Below, piece by piece: positions 1 through 13,289 of a stretch of 64,000 nucleotides of DNA. The position numbers were made by a program, and so were the translations under genes. This DNA is from Octopus sinensis (lineage: Eukaryota): assembly GCF_006345805.1 (NCBI RefSeq), contig NC_043002.1:25358001-25422000 (forward strand), given 5' to 3'. The notes below the pieces were generated by a model. It made no database searches. It saw only the letters and a list, made by a program, of their open reading frames with translations, and was not told the origin of the DNA. Every line of letters begins with the position of its first letter. Within the stretch, counting starts at the first letter, position 1.

Positions 1-109
1 GATTCGAGTGGTGGTGATGGTTGTTAGAGGATATATTATTGTTGCTGTTAGTGGTCTTGTGGTGGGTGAACGTGCACGCGTGGGGGCGGATGGCTTTGAT
101 TTCAAGCAT
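1..109 (-). CDS. Possible first coding segment of a divergent gene running off the left edge (MLEIKAIRPHACTFTHHKTTNSNNNISSNNHHHHSN...)
   Basis: ATG (cat at 107-109) with A at -3 and no stop to the window edge; N/H/T-rich low-complexity composition; CpG-rich context. No homology recognised. Confidence 0.2.
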   Translation of the reverse strand, partial: MLEIKAIRPHACTFTHHKTTNSNNNISSNNHHHHSN

Positions 110-332
110 GTTATATCGAGTTACCTCCCCTTTCGGTCTCGCATTGTTGTCAATTTCATTACAGTTACCATCACTACTGCGCTCGTGTTCGTGTTGTTGT
201 CGTCACCTTAGTCATCATCATCATCATCATCATCATTGGCGCACTGTCATCACGTTCATTAAATAATTCCTTAATTACCACCATTATCAGTTTATTTCGC
301 GCCATCACTATCCCCATGATCAAGTGTCGAGC

Positions 333-533
333 AACGGCGGTAGATTGGCAAAATCATTAGAGCATCGGTATTTATTCCGGCTCTCATTTATATTCTGAGT
401 TCAAATCCCGTCGAGGTCAACTTTACCTTTCGTTTCTCGACGAAGTACCAGTCAGTTACTAGTGTCGATACAATCGACAAAACCCCATTCTTCATAAATA
501 TCTGGTCTTGTGCCTATGTTAGAAACGATTATT
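333..533 (+). mobile_element. SINE, family C (core ttctgagttcaaat..gaggtc.actttgcctttcatcctttcggggtcgataaaataagtaccag; TTA-type tail), degenerate copy
   Basis: Aligns by eye with better copies at 54849-55075 and 33340-33545. Confidence 0.7.
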
Positions 534-1446
534 TAGAGTCGGACTGCTGATTCTGCGTCTCCGTTTCGGTTTACATTTAGATATATTTCACTTCTTGTGT
601 GTCGCTAATTCCCTCTGGAATGAACGTCACAGATCTCATTCTATACACGCTTCTCTTTAATAAATATATAAATCCTTATATTGTGTTAGTAATCATTATT
701 CTGAGCCGGTCTATATCCTTTAGTATATATTGCACTGAGTCCAACACACGTTGGGAGTGTCTGTCACTCCGACCGATGGGGCGATAAATGATATTATACC
801 AAGATACTGAGGGATCGATTTAATTAAATTACTGGTTTTGTGCCCGTGGTCTAAAAAAGGGTTGTCTTTGTTGTCGTTATCATCATCATCATTATTATTG
901 TTTCACCCCGGTCGCTGTCGTACTCCTGTGTTATTTTCTTTCAACAAGTTTCATTCATGTCTCGTGACATTAAGTGTCACAATTAAAATTGTGATGCTTA
1001 TTTTAGTTACAGAACTCTACCTAATTCTCTGATTGTATGAGTCTACCCCACCTTGATACACTGGGATTCCACATCTCGTTCTTCGAATGTCAGTCCTCAA
1101 GTTCGGTGTCTTTTTAAAGAGCATTAAAAGAACATTCTCGCCTTACGGCTTCGCCGATGATGCATACATCGGTTTGTTAACATAGTTCGTATGCATATGA
1201 GTGGAGTATATATTTATATTCATTCATATATGCTCACACACCACCCGTATATACACAATCGTTTATGTATGTTACCCTTATAAAGATTTTGTATTCTTGC
1301 ACGTATTCCAAACATTTATACATTGTGTCTTTTGAACGTATTTGTATGGAATAGACTAGTGTATTATATGCACTCATAAAAACCTTAAACATGCTAACAT
1401 GGTCCATGCCTTAGGTACTCTCATAGTACACAGTTTAATAATCGTG

Positions 1447-1499
<53 letters not shown>

Positions 1500-1737
1500 C
1501 ATACATATATACACTCACATACATGTGCTACCATGCATGTAGTCTCATGTCAAGGCTGTTATCTTGTATAGTGGTGTTGAAAGACCTTTATTACACATAC
1601 ATATGCATTTTAGTATTATACCTCGCTATTACACGGTCCGGTGTTTATCGGAGATTTCATAATGTACACTATACATATTTATACAGTCCGATTTGTGTAT
1701 TTATAATGATATCTGAAAGAATTCATTGCAGACGGCC

Positions 1738-2140
1738 ATACTATCTGTCTGTCTATCTATCTACCTATCTATCTGTCTGTCTGTCTGTCATCTATCTATC
1801 TGTCTGTCTGTCATCTATCTATCTATCTGTCATCTATCTATCTATCTGTCTGTCTGTCATCTATCTATCTATCTGTCTGTCATCTATCTATCTATCTATC
1901 TGTCATCTATCTATCTATCTGTCTGTCTGTCATCTATCTATCTGTCTGTCTGTCATCTATCTTTCTGTCTGTCATCTATCTATCTATCTGTCTGTCTGTC
2001 ATCTATCTATCTATCTGTCTGTCATCTATCTATCTATCTGTCTGTCATCTATCTATCTATCTGTCTGTCTGTCATCTATCTATCTATCTATCTATCTATC
2101 TGTCTGTCTGTCATCTATCTATCTGTCTGTCTATCTATGT
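1738..2140. repeat. Compound tetranucleotide microsatellite (TCTA/TCTG with recurring TCA interruptions; GATA/GACA on the minus strand)
   Basis: Directly visible; explains ORFs 1523..2182 and 1726..2154. Confidence 0.95.
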
Positions 2141-2949
2141 GTATATATATATAAGTTTTTAAAATTATTTTGTATTATATAATAATACGCACCCCCACAC
2201 ACGGTAAACCCCATGTACACACTATTATTTAGTAAATTATATAGTGTTATTGTACATACATTCACAGATTCGTATGTTGATCGATTGTTTTGAAAATCCT
2301 GCTTCGTCTCATATACCTAATAAAAATTAGAGGCTGTTATATTCCATGTAATACCTACATGTGGTTTTGTTAGAAGAGTATATTGTCAATATAGTTGATA
2401 AACTCATTGTATATGTGTGTTGTTATATATCGTCAACCTTCTTTCCGTGAAAAATAAAAAGGCGAAGTTGTCCCTGGTGAGATTTGAACTTAGAATACAG
2501 AATACATAAACAATGTAAACGATATTATCTGGACCCTCTGTCTTTGCCATCAATAACAACATATTCAAAAAGTTTAAGAAATGGGAAATGGATTTATTAT
2601 AACTACTCTAACTTTGCAGAATCCTTCAACCCGCCACTTTTCAACTAAAGATGGCTCTGTAAGTAACTGTGCTGTTGAGAAAGTCACAACATTGTTACCT
2701 GTTTCGATTCTGACTACACACATGCATACAAACGTATACCCAGACACACATACGCTTACACATCCACTCGTACGCTTGCACATCCACTCACACACATACC
2801 AAAATTCTTCGCAAAGTCTTCCGTTTCACCCGGTCTGTCTTGCCACCTTGTATATGTGCGTGTGTATGTGAGAGTATGTGTATGTATGTATGAGAGAGAG
2901 AGAGAGAGAGAGGTACTAAATGCGAACCTTGCTGATCCCCATCCTCCTG

Positions 2950-3211
2950 GATCAGTTTCGTGTCAGGAAAACATGTGGCTATTTAACTTTTTTTTAAAAG
3001 AAAGGAGCGGGGTAGGGGAGGGGGACTTCTTTTATGGCATTCCTTCAGTTGTAACAGCAGACTTTTCAAAAATCACAGCCGTTTCGTTCGTTAATTTCCA
3101 TAACAAATTTTTATTTCATTAAAGAGAGGAGAAAGTGAAAAGACATTTGCTTTAGAGTGACTTTTTGCGGGTCACACAGGGCGACCACTTTACATGTAGT
3201 CGAAGGTATGT
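2950..3211 (+). promoter_or_regulatory. Candidate 5'-UTR exon ending in a strong donor (AAG|GTATGT at 3205/3206), possibly the first exon of the GALNT2-like gene
   Basis: Non-repetitive, CpG-containing stretch after a (GA)n tract. ATG-TAG at 3194-3199 precedes a consensus donor, and the phase-0 frame is blocked by that TAG, so the exon would be non-coding. Start coordinate is a guess. Confidence 0.35.
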
Positions 3212-4714
3212 ATGTTATTGTTTAAAGAAGGGTAGGCGTCAATTTGGCTGCTGCACAGTGCAGTCGAAACCCACTTTGCACTACTTTAAACAATTCTTGT
3301 TATGTTAAGCACTTTTTTTGCTTTCAGTGCAGATTCTGTGGAGCGAGATACTCATGAGACATGTTTTCATGAACCTGTGATAACCTTGTCCTACGAAACT
3401 TTGGTACTGATAGCCTTGATATCAGCAAACTCTTACTTTTGATGATTACTAAAAGTATTTGCATTGTTGGGAATCCTTTATTTTCAAAAGGTATCTCAGA
3501 GTCACAAGTGTTTTGCCCGGTAGCCTGTATGCTTCACTTGAGTAGGGCGTATGTACATGATGCCACACTTCATTCCTTAACCCTGCAAGCACTACACTAT
3601 ATACATACCCCCCACCCCACTGCCCAAACTACTGATGACTCAGTTCAAGTGGTTTTGAAAATATTCTAGTCCTTTCTCTAGTTCAAATGTGACCTACCTA
3701 TGTAGTTATTGCTCACATATCTGGAGCTGTGCCATTATTTCACACAAAAGAAAACCACCTACATTTCATAAGAAAAAAAAATGTAAAACAGAAATAAGGC
3801 AAAAGTCACTTTAGTGGACTGCTGAAGACCTGTTAAAATGCTACAGTGTAGATCTTCCAACTTCAGTGGTTTCTGCCTCATTGAGCTAACACAATGCCCT
3901 TACTTTGCCCTCTTTCTCAATACTGCATCACATCCTACAAACACCCACTTCTAAACTGTTCCTTCCCAGCACTGAAGCTGCCTCTGTTGTTGTTTAGCCT
4001 GGGGTCAGTTGTGGTTCAGTACACCTATGTGTAGTCATTCCAGTCATAACTATCTCATCTCTTATTCCGTCCTATTGTACCTAGGACTACATTATCTAAC
4101 ATGTCCTGGGTGTGATATGTGGGAGATTTGACTGCAATCATCTTATTGGTCCTTTTCACATTTCAAGTAGTCATACATCATATCCACTTCACCAGACATT
4201 TTGAACCTTTGAAGTTGATAAGAATTGCTCCACAAGACTTGTTTTTTTTTTTTTTTTCAAACTCCAGTAAAGCTTTTCAAAGATGCAGAAATTAATAATA
4301 AATGAAAAATAAACCTGGAAATCTCTAGAATTTCTTTTACTAAAGCAGAAACAATTGCTATAATAGTTGCTAAGTTGGGGACAGTACAGAAAAGAAAGGC
4401 ATAACCATTCAAAATCCCTGGAGTTAGAGACATCATCAATTTTATGTTTTTTTTTAATATACTGGCTAAGGTTGGATGAGATTCTTTGAGGCAGTACTTT
4501 ATGGCTGGATGCCCTTCTTGATGTCAATCTGTGCTTGATTCCAAGTAAAGTACTTTTTACACCTGAAGTTTTCACATTGAAATTATTGATTTGGCAGGTT
4601 GTTATTTATAAGGGATACAGTGTCACTGAAAATACAAACACGTATGTGTGTGTGTAAGGAACTTTTTCATCACCCATTCCCTTCTGATCATTTCAAAATG
4701 TAACCACATGTGAA

Positions 4715-4915
4715 TCGTTGGCGATTTTTTTTTTTTTTTTTTCCTTCATCTTCCTTTGCTCTTGGACTTTGCTCTGTCTCCTGTTTCTGAAGAAGAGCTT
4801 TGCTTGAAATGCAAAACCACCTTTCTTTCCTTTCCTGAGCGTCTGCTAATACTTTGCATCCTCATGTTTTTTTCTTGTGTTTGTTCTCTGTTTGTTAGGA
4901 TTTACAATTTTATAT
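4715..4915 (+). mobile_element. Short Penelope-like (PLE)-derived element with a minimal hammerhead core, copy 1
   Basis: cgat(T)n ... gtttCTGAAGAagagctttgcttGAAAtgcaaaac ... tcctgagcgtc..taatact; homologous to 43895-44100. Confidence 0.6.
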
Positions 4916-4932
4916 ATATATATATAATACAC

Positions 4933-4970
<38 letters not shown>

Positions 4971-5328
4971 ATGTATATACATATATATACGCCGTGCCGG
5001 TGGCACGTAAAAAGCACCAACCAATTGTGGCCATTGCCAGCCTCTCCTGGCACCTGTGCCAGTGGCATGTAAAAAGCACCCACTACACTCACTGAGTGGT
5101 TGGCGTTAGGAAGGGCATCCAGCTGTAGAAACACTGCCAGATCAGACTGGAGCCTGGTGCAACCTCCTGGCTTCCCAGACCCCGGTCGAACCGTCCAACC
5201 CATGCTAGCATGGAAAACGGACGTTAAACGATGATGATGATATGTGTGTGTATATATATAATACATATGTATGTGTATATATATAATATATATGTATATA
5301 TATATATGTCTGTGTATATATATGTGTG

Positions 5329-5379
<51 letters not shown>

Positions 5380-5739
5380 ATGTATATACATATATATACG
5401 CCGTGCCGGTGGCACGTAAAAAGCACCAACCAATTGTGGCCATTGCCAGCCTCTCCTGGCACCTGTGCCAGTGGCATGTAAAAAGCACCCACTACACTCA
5501 CTGAGTGGTTGGCGTTAGGAAGGGCATCCAGCTGTAGAAACACTGCCAGATCAGACTGGAGCCTGGTGCAACCTCCTGGCTTCCCAGACCCCGGTCGAAC
5601 CGTCCAACCCATGCTAGCATGGAAAACGGACGTTAAACGATGATGATGATATGTGTGTGTATATATATAATACATATGTATGTGTATATATATAATATAT
5701 ATGTATATATATATATGTCTGTGTATATATATGTGTGTG

Positions 5740-5770
<31 letters not shown>
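4933..5770 (+). repeat. Near-perfect tandem duplication with a 409-bp period, containing an RTE-3'-end (GAT-tailed) element
   Basis: gccgtgccggtggcacg starts at 4991 and again at 5400; copies are identical except for microsatellite length. Confidence 0.95.
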
Positions 5771-8700
5771 ATATATATATGTATATATATAAATACACAC
5801 TTTCACATACCCTCCCCCTTTTACATACACATATATTCACACAGTTGAAACTCTAACCCCTTCCTTTCTCATTCATAAACACAAGAGTATTATTATAGTA
5901 GATTATCTCAGTAACCATAGGGGCTATGAAAAATATATATAACACACACACACACATATATATATATATGTATGTGTGTGTGAGTATATATATATATAAT
6001 ACATATAGATGTGTGTGTGTATACATACATACATAAATACATGATGAGCTTCATCTCATTTTCATTCTACCAGTTTCACACAGACATTTAATCATCCTGA
6101 GAGTAGAGTAGAAAACTCTAGAGTAGAAAACTCTTGCAGCTGTGGGACAGAACTTGACAAAAAGTGGTTACTGAGCAAACTTTATAAGCACACTGCCATG
6201 TCTATGAAGCCCCTCTCCCTTGAGAAACAAAATTTTTGAGCATATGTACACAATATACATGCATATTGTAAGTGGCTGTTGAAAGGGTTGTAGTCAGAAA
6301 GAGTATCAGGCCATAAAGCCTTGTCTCATACAGTCCTTGCTAATTCATTCTGGCATGAAAAAGTGAACAAAATACAATTAACACCTGTGTATAATCATAC
6401 ATACATTGTATACATCTGATAGTTTCTTTCCATGTCATAACTTGCTAAAAAGTCAAGTGTTATTTATGTTAAGGTCATTTTATTTTTAATTTCAGCAGAG
6501 TCACTAGAGCATCAGATAAAATACTTTGTGGTATTATTTGCTTTGGCACTTTGCATTCTGAAATTCAAATTCCAAAGGGTTGAACTTCACTTTTTATATT
6601 TTTGGTGGTGGTGGTGGTGGATCAATAAAAAGATAAGAAAGGGCCAATCTAGAGTAGTGGATTGGCAGAACTATAACAATGGATTGCCTTATGGTATTTG
6701 TCCTTGTTCTTTATGTTTTGAGTTCAAATCCTGTCATGACCTGCATGAATAGCAGATTTAATCTCTGGTATTCTCTCCCCACCTTCTGCAGCACATTCCT
6801 ACAAAATAAGCTCCAACAAAATTCCATTGACTGCTTAGAAAAATTACTTTGCTACCATAAGCTAATCTTTTCTGATGACCAAAGATATCAAAAAGCCTTT
6901 TGACCACAGTCAAAACAAAGAATGGTTGCACGGAACTCTGAATCTGAAGTGTTGACGTGGCAGACAGAATTTTGCAAGATGTTATGGAGATTAGTAAATA
7001 ATGACCATCTGGTAGAACATTCTGATAAGAACATGAATTAATCATGATGTTGTTGCTTTTGTTTAGTCCTAGGATAGACCTAATTGAGCAGAACTATGAT
7101 CTTTGACCATTCCATATTTCCATCTTGGAAATATGAAATGGTCACATATGACTACATTATCCAATGTAAGCTTTCTTTAAGACAATAGGATTTGAGTTGA
7201 AGCACATTTGGCAGCTGTTTCTAGTATTTCAAACAACCATGTAGAGTCTGCCTCATTAACTTATGAGCACAAATATTTAATTTTTGGTCTTCCTGAATGA
7301 GATGTATGATCATCCATTTATGACCATCTTGTAGGAATGCAATATCTAATGTGTCCTGGGCATATAAAGAATGGTAAGGTTTGATTTGAAGGAGGTTTGG
7401 CTACTATTTCTAGTAGTAGGTCAAGTAATTGTATAGAGGTTCCCTTGCTGGTTTGTTAGATGTTTTAGGGGAAATATATAAGAAATTCTTTACATAAAAC
7501 ATGTTCTTAAATGATGGCATGAAGATCAAACAAATAAATTTTTTTCATCTGTTTGTCTGTTTATGCCATAAAGTTATATTATATTATGAAGAGTTATGAA
7601 TTAGACTGGATACTTGTATGGAGATGAAGGTGGAGAGAAGGATAAAAGATTGGGAAAAACATCAGAAGGAGAACGAGGAGAAATGATGCATGTTAATTTA
7701 CCTGGAGACAGGTGATGGTTGGCAGCAGGAAGGATAACTGGTCATAGAATATCTGTTGCATTTGACCCATGTAAGCATGGGAAAGTGGATGTTAAACTTG
7801 TGATAAGGATTTTATATATATATATATATACATGAACAAATAAATGGATTTTATGTGCTGTGACAATTGTTTCAGTAAGAATCTTTATTTTAATGCAAGC
7901 ATAATACAATTTTTTAGATTATGAGGATTGCATAATGTATTGTATAATTTAGAAATTGTGTTATGCTTGCATTAAAATAAAGATTCTTACCGAAACAATT
8001 ATTGTAACATTTAAAATCCATTTGTTCATTTATTGTCATTTGATGCCACATCCATATTTTGTTATTCGTTGAATAGCTTGTAAACAATTGAAATTGCAGC
8101 TTATTCAATAAGTGTCTTGACTTCATCAATGCCTTCTGCATTGATAATGGATTACTTCATTGTCTACTCCGTGTGATTCTGTTTAGCCAATCAGTTGTAT
8201 GCTATATGTTGATGTTCCTTGATTCATTATAAATCCTATGTAGCTAAAATATGCATACATCATCATCATCATCCTTTAATATTCTTTTCCCATGCTGGCA
8301 TTGGTTGGATGGTTTGACCAGAGCTGGGAAGCTGCACCAGGTTCCAGTCTGATTTGGCTTGGTTTCTACAACTGGATGCCCTTCCTAACGCCAACCATTT
8401 TACAGAGTGTGCTGGGTGCTTTTTACGTGCCACCAGCACATATATGTATACACACACTCTCTTTCTCTCTCTCACACATACAAGTATTATATATAACTTT
8501 GGTTGGTTGTGCAGTTGGACTCAACTCAAAACCACGTGATTGAGAAGTAACCATGTCTGCAGCTACAGCAGGCTTATGTCTGAAGTAATTGATGTTGTCT
8601 GCTATGGCCACGGCTGACCAATGCCTTGAAATTTGGTAGATAGAAAATTGTTAGAAGCCTATTGTATATACATACACATAACTTGTTTGTGCATGCTGAT

Positions 8701-9921
8701 TGAAAATAAGGCCACCTCTCATACAAAAGGCTTCATTGCTTATAATTTTCTGTGAAAATATGTCTGACCATTGAGCAGTACATTGGGTGAAGGACTAGGA
8801 GAATGTTGTCTTGCTTGAGAACAGGTGATAGTTGGAAGAGCATTCATGTTCCTTCGTATAAAATGTGGCAGTAAAGAAAACTACCATTATCAAATATTTC
8901 TTTGTCTTGCTAGAAACTGCAACCATATCTACTTCAGATCATGGCGTACATTTAAAAAAAACAAAAGGAAACATTGGATATTGTAGTCTTGGATACACTG
9001 TCTCTGAGAAAAACATGAGATGGTCACAACTGGAATGTCATTCATCATCAACTGTTCTGGGGCTAATCACTAACTTCATCCAAAAGATAAAAGTCATGAA
9101 ATGTTAATGCACTACCATGAAATTACTGGTCACTCTAAGTTATTGAATCTTCCAGTTTCCATATCTGTTTGTCTGTCTGTCAGTCTCTCTATGTATTAGT
9201 GTGTGAGTGTGTACAAGGGATCCTCTGCACTGATGCTAAAATGGAAAGCCTGTACTTCATGTTCCTTCAAGTGACAAGTGAGTGAAACAATCTCTTATTA
9301 TTGCTGCTATCAGAAAATGTGCCCAATGTACTTTGTAAAATGCTTGGCAAATTTTTGAACAGAGAATGTATAGGGTCCCTTTATTCAGCCTCTCTAGTGT
9401 TGGTGCCATGAAAAATGTACTAAGTACACTCTGTAAAGTGGTTGACAATAAATGTGAAGAACATCCAGTTGTAGAAATCAGACCAAATGGTGTCTGAGGA
9501 TCAATCTATAGAAGCAGCAGCTTCCAGTAGATGGCTATGACTGGGACAACCTGTCCAAAACATGTCAACATGAAGAGTGGACATAAAAAGGATGAGGATG
9601 ATGATTTTGCAGGGTTCCCAGTGAAAATATCTTAAAATTAGAATTGTGGAGGTGGCATTGGCAACAATAGATAAAATAAAAGACTAAGATACTGTTAAAC
9701 TATTTAATCAACTATATCTCTGTGAGCAAGTGCGGGACCTCTACATGTCATTCATTTTGCTAGAAATAACAAACATCCTTCAAATCACATCCTACCATCT
9801 TAAATAAAAGACACTGAAGAAAAGATAAGATGGTCAGTGCTGGGGTTCCTTTCTATTCCTCTTGTTTAGGACTGACCTAGGGTTAAAAAACAAATGAACA
9901 AAGCTTTATCTCCTCTCTTAA

Positions 9922-10133
9922 TCCCTTTAATACCCGAGTCTAACTACACTTGGTCGTACAATACAAACTTCTTGATTTAAAGTGATCTAAAACCTTTCAT
10001 CAAAATTTGTGTTAATTTATGTTCCAAACACTAGTTTAATAAAGACAGCTATTTTCCTAAATTCTTTGTTGTTTTTAAAGTTAGCTGAAACAAAGGCTAT
10101 ATATATTTCAACAGAAACTTGGTAACAAAAGGG
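9922..10133. mobile_element. piggyBac-like MITE (degenerate)
   Basis: ttaa(t)ccctttaatacc ... ggtaacaaaaggg-ttaa termini. Confidence 0.55.
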
Positions 10134-10228
10134 TTAAAATAAATCTTAGTGTGTCAAGAAATAACAACCAAATCTCACTCTAAATCACATTCACACTTTA
10201 ATATTAAGAGGTTACATTAGATGATGTC

Positions 10229-10602
10229 TTATTACCTTTGTCTTCCTGCCTTAGCGAAGGCAGAAGTATTGTTTTCAGTCATGTTTGTTTGTCTGTGGAC
10301 AAAATATCTCAAGAACTGCTGGATGGATTCGGATGAAACTTTCTGGGATGTTTGGCCTTATTACTGGCACAAACTAATTAGGTTTTGGGATTGATTCAGT
10401 ATCAGATAAGGATTCTGGATTATTTTTCCAGTTTTTTTTTTTACTTAATTTTTGAGAGCAGTCGGGTTCATTTTTAATATTCTCGTTTGTGAGAGCAGTC
10501 AGGTTTATTTCAGATATTCTTATTTTAAAACTCATCTCTGGCTAATCATGGAGAGGTCATTGATGTTGCCTTGGCAGAGCTTTGCGCTCTGAGTGCGCTT
10601 GT
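10229..10602 (+). mobile_element. Helentron-associated non-autonomous element (HINE/DINE-1-like), copy 1
   Basis: 5' hairpin ctgcctt-agcg-aaggcag, tgtttgtttgtctgt tract, 3' subterminal gccttggcagag followed by the gcgctctgagtgc hairpin; homologous to 21600-21949 and 25534-25887. Confidence 0.75.
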
Positions 10603-12574
10603 TTTATTTGGTGCCTGGCAAAGGAATTTTTTTTTTCATGACTTGTTTGGCATTATTATTTTCTGTGGTTGAGTTACAATATTAGTTTGTAATAAATGTA
10701 ATGTTAGTCCTCAAGTAATCATCTTTTCCTCCTCACTACATAATTATATCTCATTAACTTTCTAATGTCAACTACATAAACTATTAGCATTAACTATTAG
10801 TTTGGAATGTTTTATTTCTTTTTTCGTTTTTTTTTCGAGATAAAATAAATTATTCAGTAAATATTTTTAATGGTAAAATATGATAAAAGTTAATTTATTT
10901 TGTTTAGGAACAGGAATAGTTAGGTGGTTAACAAATTTATTTGACAGCCACATGGTTTTGTGTTCAATCCCATGAACAGAACCTAGTGCTAGCCTCATGT
11001 TTAAACAGTACCATGTGAGTGGAATTTAGTTGATGGAAATTAGAGAAGCCAGTTGTGTATATCTCATCACCTTTCTATATCTGTTTTTCCTTACTTAAAT
11101 GAACCGGATGGATTTTGTTCAGCAGTGTCTTTCCACTTGTTGCAGTTCATCATTATCTCTTTTGTAAAGCCCAATCTTTTGAGATCAGCCTTCATCATTC
11201 CATCCCATATCTTCTTGGGTCTTCTTCCCCTTTTACATGTTCCTTCCATTTGGATCTCTCAGCAATTTGATTTTCCATTTACTCACTTATCCATAGTTGT
11301 GCAGTCTTCTCTATTGCACTCTGTATCTGATATTTCTTAAGTCAGTTTGTCTTTCAGTTTATTTGTGCTCTTTTATTCATGGTGGTTAACATTAATGTAT
11401 AATTACACATTATTGGATAATCATACTTTATGCATTGATGAACTACTCCAGTGGAATTAATTTCTTTCTAGCTTTCACATGACCTCTGCATTTAGTTTTG
11501 CTATCATGCACAAATTGCACTTGTAGCCAAGTATCATGCAATCTACCTTCATTAAGATTTAGAATCCCTTTGTTGCCAGCAGTAAATTGGCAGTGTTTGG
11601 ACAGAATGCTACAAGATATTTGTTTCAATTTTCTGCTGTCTGAGTTCAAATCCCACCGAGGTTAACTTCACTTTATATTCTTTTAGGATTCATAAATAGT
11701 TAACAAGGTAGTGCAGTGGATTCAGGAAAGAACACTGAACTGGATATCTCCCAGTATTTGTTCTGGTTCTTTGAGTTCTGAATTTGAATCTTGTCATGGT
11801 CTACCTGGATGGTACCATTCTATAGCAAGCATATGGGTCAGATATTCTCCCCACCTTTCTTCCTAACTGTCTTGGAGGCCATGTAAAGGGCCATGGGTGT
11901 AACCTTCCTTCCTGCCTAAAAGATTAAAAAAAAGAAATGAGTAACAACTGAATGATTTTTTTGTACTTTGTCCTTACTCTGACTTGTGTTCTTTTGGAAT
12001 GCCCTTCTCCTGTTGATTAGGTTACCTAAATAATTGAAGCTTCACAACTAGCATGCTGTATCAGATCTGTAGGTGTGTGAAAAAGTTTGAAAAACCAAGA
12101 TCACCTACAGTGAAACAATAACTCCTGGTGTGTTTAATTTAATGCTGTAGTATAACAAATCACTGAAGGCATGTGGCCTAGCACTTAAAGGTATTTGACT
12201 TACAATAATATTGTCATGGGTTCAATTCCTGGATCAGGCAGTTTTGTTCTTAAGTCACTTCATTTTACATTGCTCAGTCTACTCAGCCAAAAACGAAAAC
12301 CAGTCAAGTGCTGGTTACAAGCACTCTCTCATTAAGCTGTTACGTCCTGGATGTGTCAATAGGTCAAAGAGTGGAAAAGTCAAGAGGCTGTTTTGTCTGC
12401 ACATGACTACATAGGTACTTAATGCTCGTTCATAGGCGACGGCTGAGTTTCTATAATGCACCAGTAATTTAGTATATTCATTTAATGCATCGTGTGTATT
12501 CGTTTACTTGTCTCGCTCATTAGATCACTTCATTGTTGGAGCGCTACTTTCAATAGTTCCTACTTACTTATTTG

Positions 12575-13253
12575 GGATCTTTTCCTTTTGAAGGCCAGAT
12601 TTCAACACAATTTCTAGTTAACTAAACACTTCAAAACTTCGTATACTGGTAGAATGTGTCAAAAGAAAACATTATTTTCACTTGGCTTTCTTGATAAATT
12701 TGTAATTCGTTTGTTTAACGTAGTTTAATTTTTCGAATTTTAACCAATGAATCGCCTCTATTTGAGCTGAAATCATTTGCTGCGTCTAAAAACTGAGACA
12801 TCCTGTAACTAACCCTAACCCTAAATTTTTTTTTTTCTTAATTGTTAAATTAATTTAATTGTTACACGTGTAAAAAAACTAAAGCAATGGAAAATAACTT
12901 TAACAATTAACATACAAAATAATTCTATAATTTTTATACACACGTTTTCCGTACGTATACGGAAACGTGTGTTACGGAAAGCGTGTGTATAAAAATTATA
13001 GGAGGGGGAGGGTTAGTTACAGGATGTTGTCTCAGTTTTTAGACGCAGCAAATGATTTCAGCTCAAATGGAGGTGATTCATTGGTTAAAATTCGAAAAAT
13101 TAAACTACGTTAAACAAACGAATTACAAATTTATCAAGAAAGCCAAGTGAAAATAATGTTTTCTTTTGACACATTCTACCAGTATACGAAGTTTTAAAGT
13201 GTTTAGTTAAGTAGAAATTGTGTTGAAATCTGGCCTTCAAAAGGAAAAGATCC
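12575..13253. mobile_element. Foldback MITE with ~240-bp TIRs, GGATC termini and 8-bp TSD cttatttg (Merlin-like)
   Basis: TSD at 12567-12574 and 13254-13261; long TIRs with few mismatches; internal 29-bp stem at 12925-13001; (CCCTAA)2 motif. Confidence 0.9.
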
Positions 13254-13289
13254 CTTATTTGGACCCCAGTACTTATTTCAATTGAGTAC

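Noticed and set aside
21-266. Plus-strand ORF resembling a signal anchor (LLLLLVVLWW)
   Set aside because: No ATG before the hydrophobic stretch and a stop just upstream; it arises from GTT/GTG repeats.
1523-2182. Longest ORF in the track (219 aa)
   Set aside because: Read-through of the TCTA/TCTG microsatellite.
4846-5840. Several long ORFs in the duplicated region
   Set aside because: SINE plus (TA/CA)n read-through with no protein signature.
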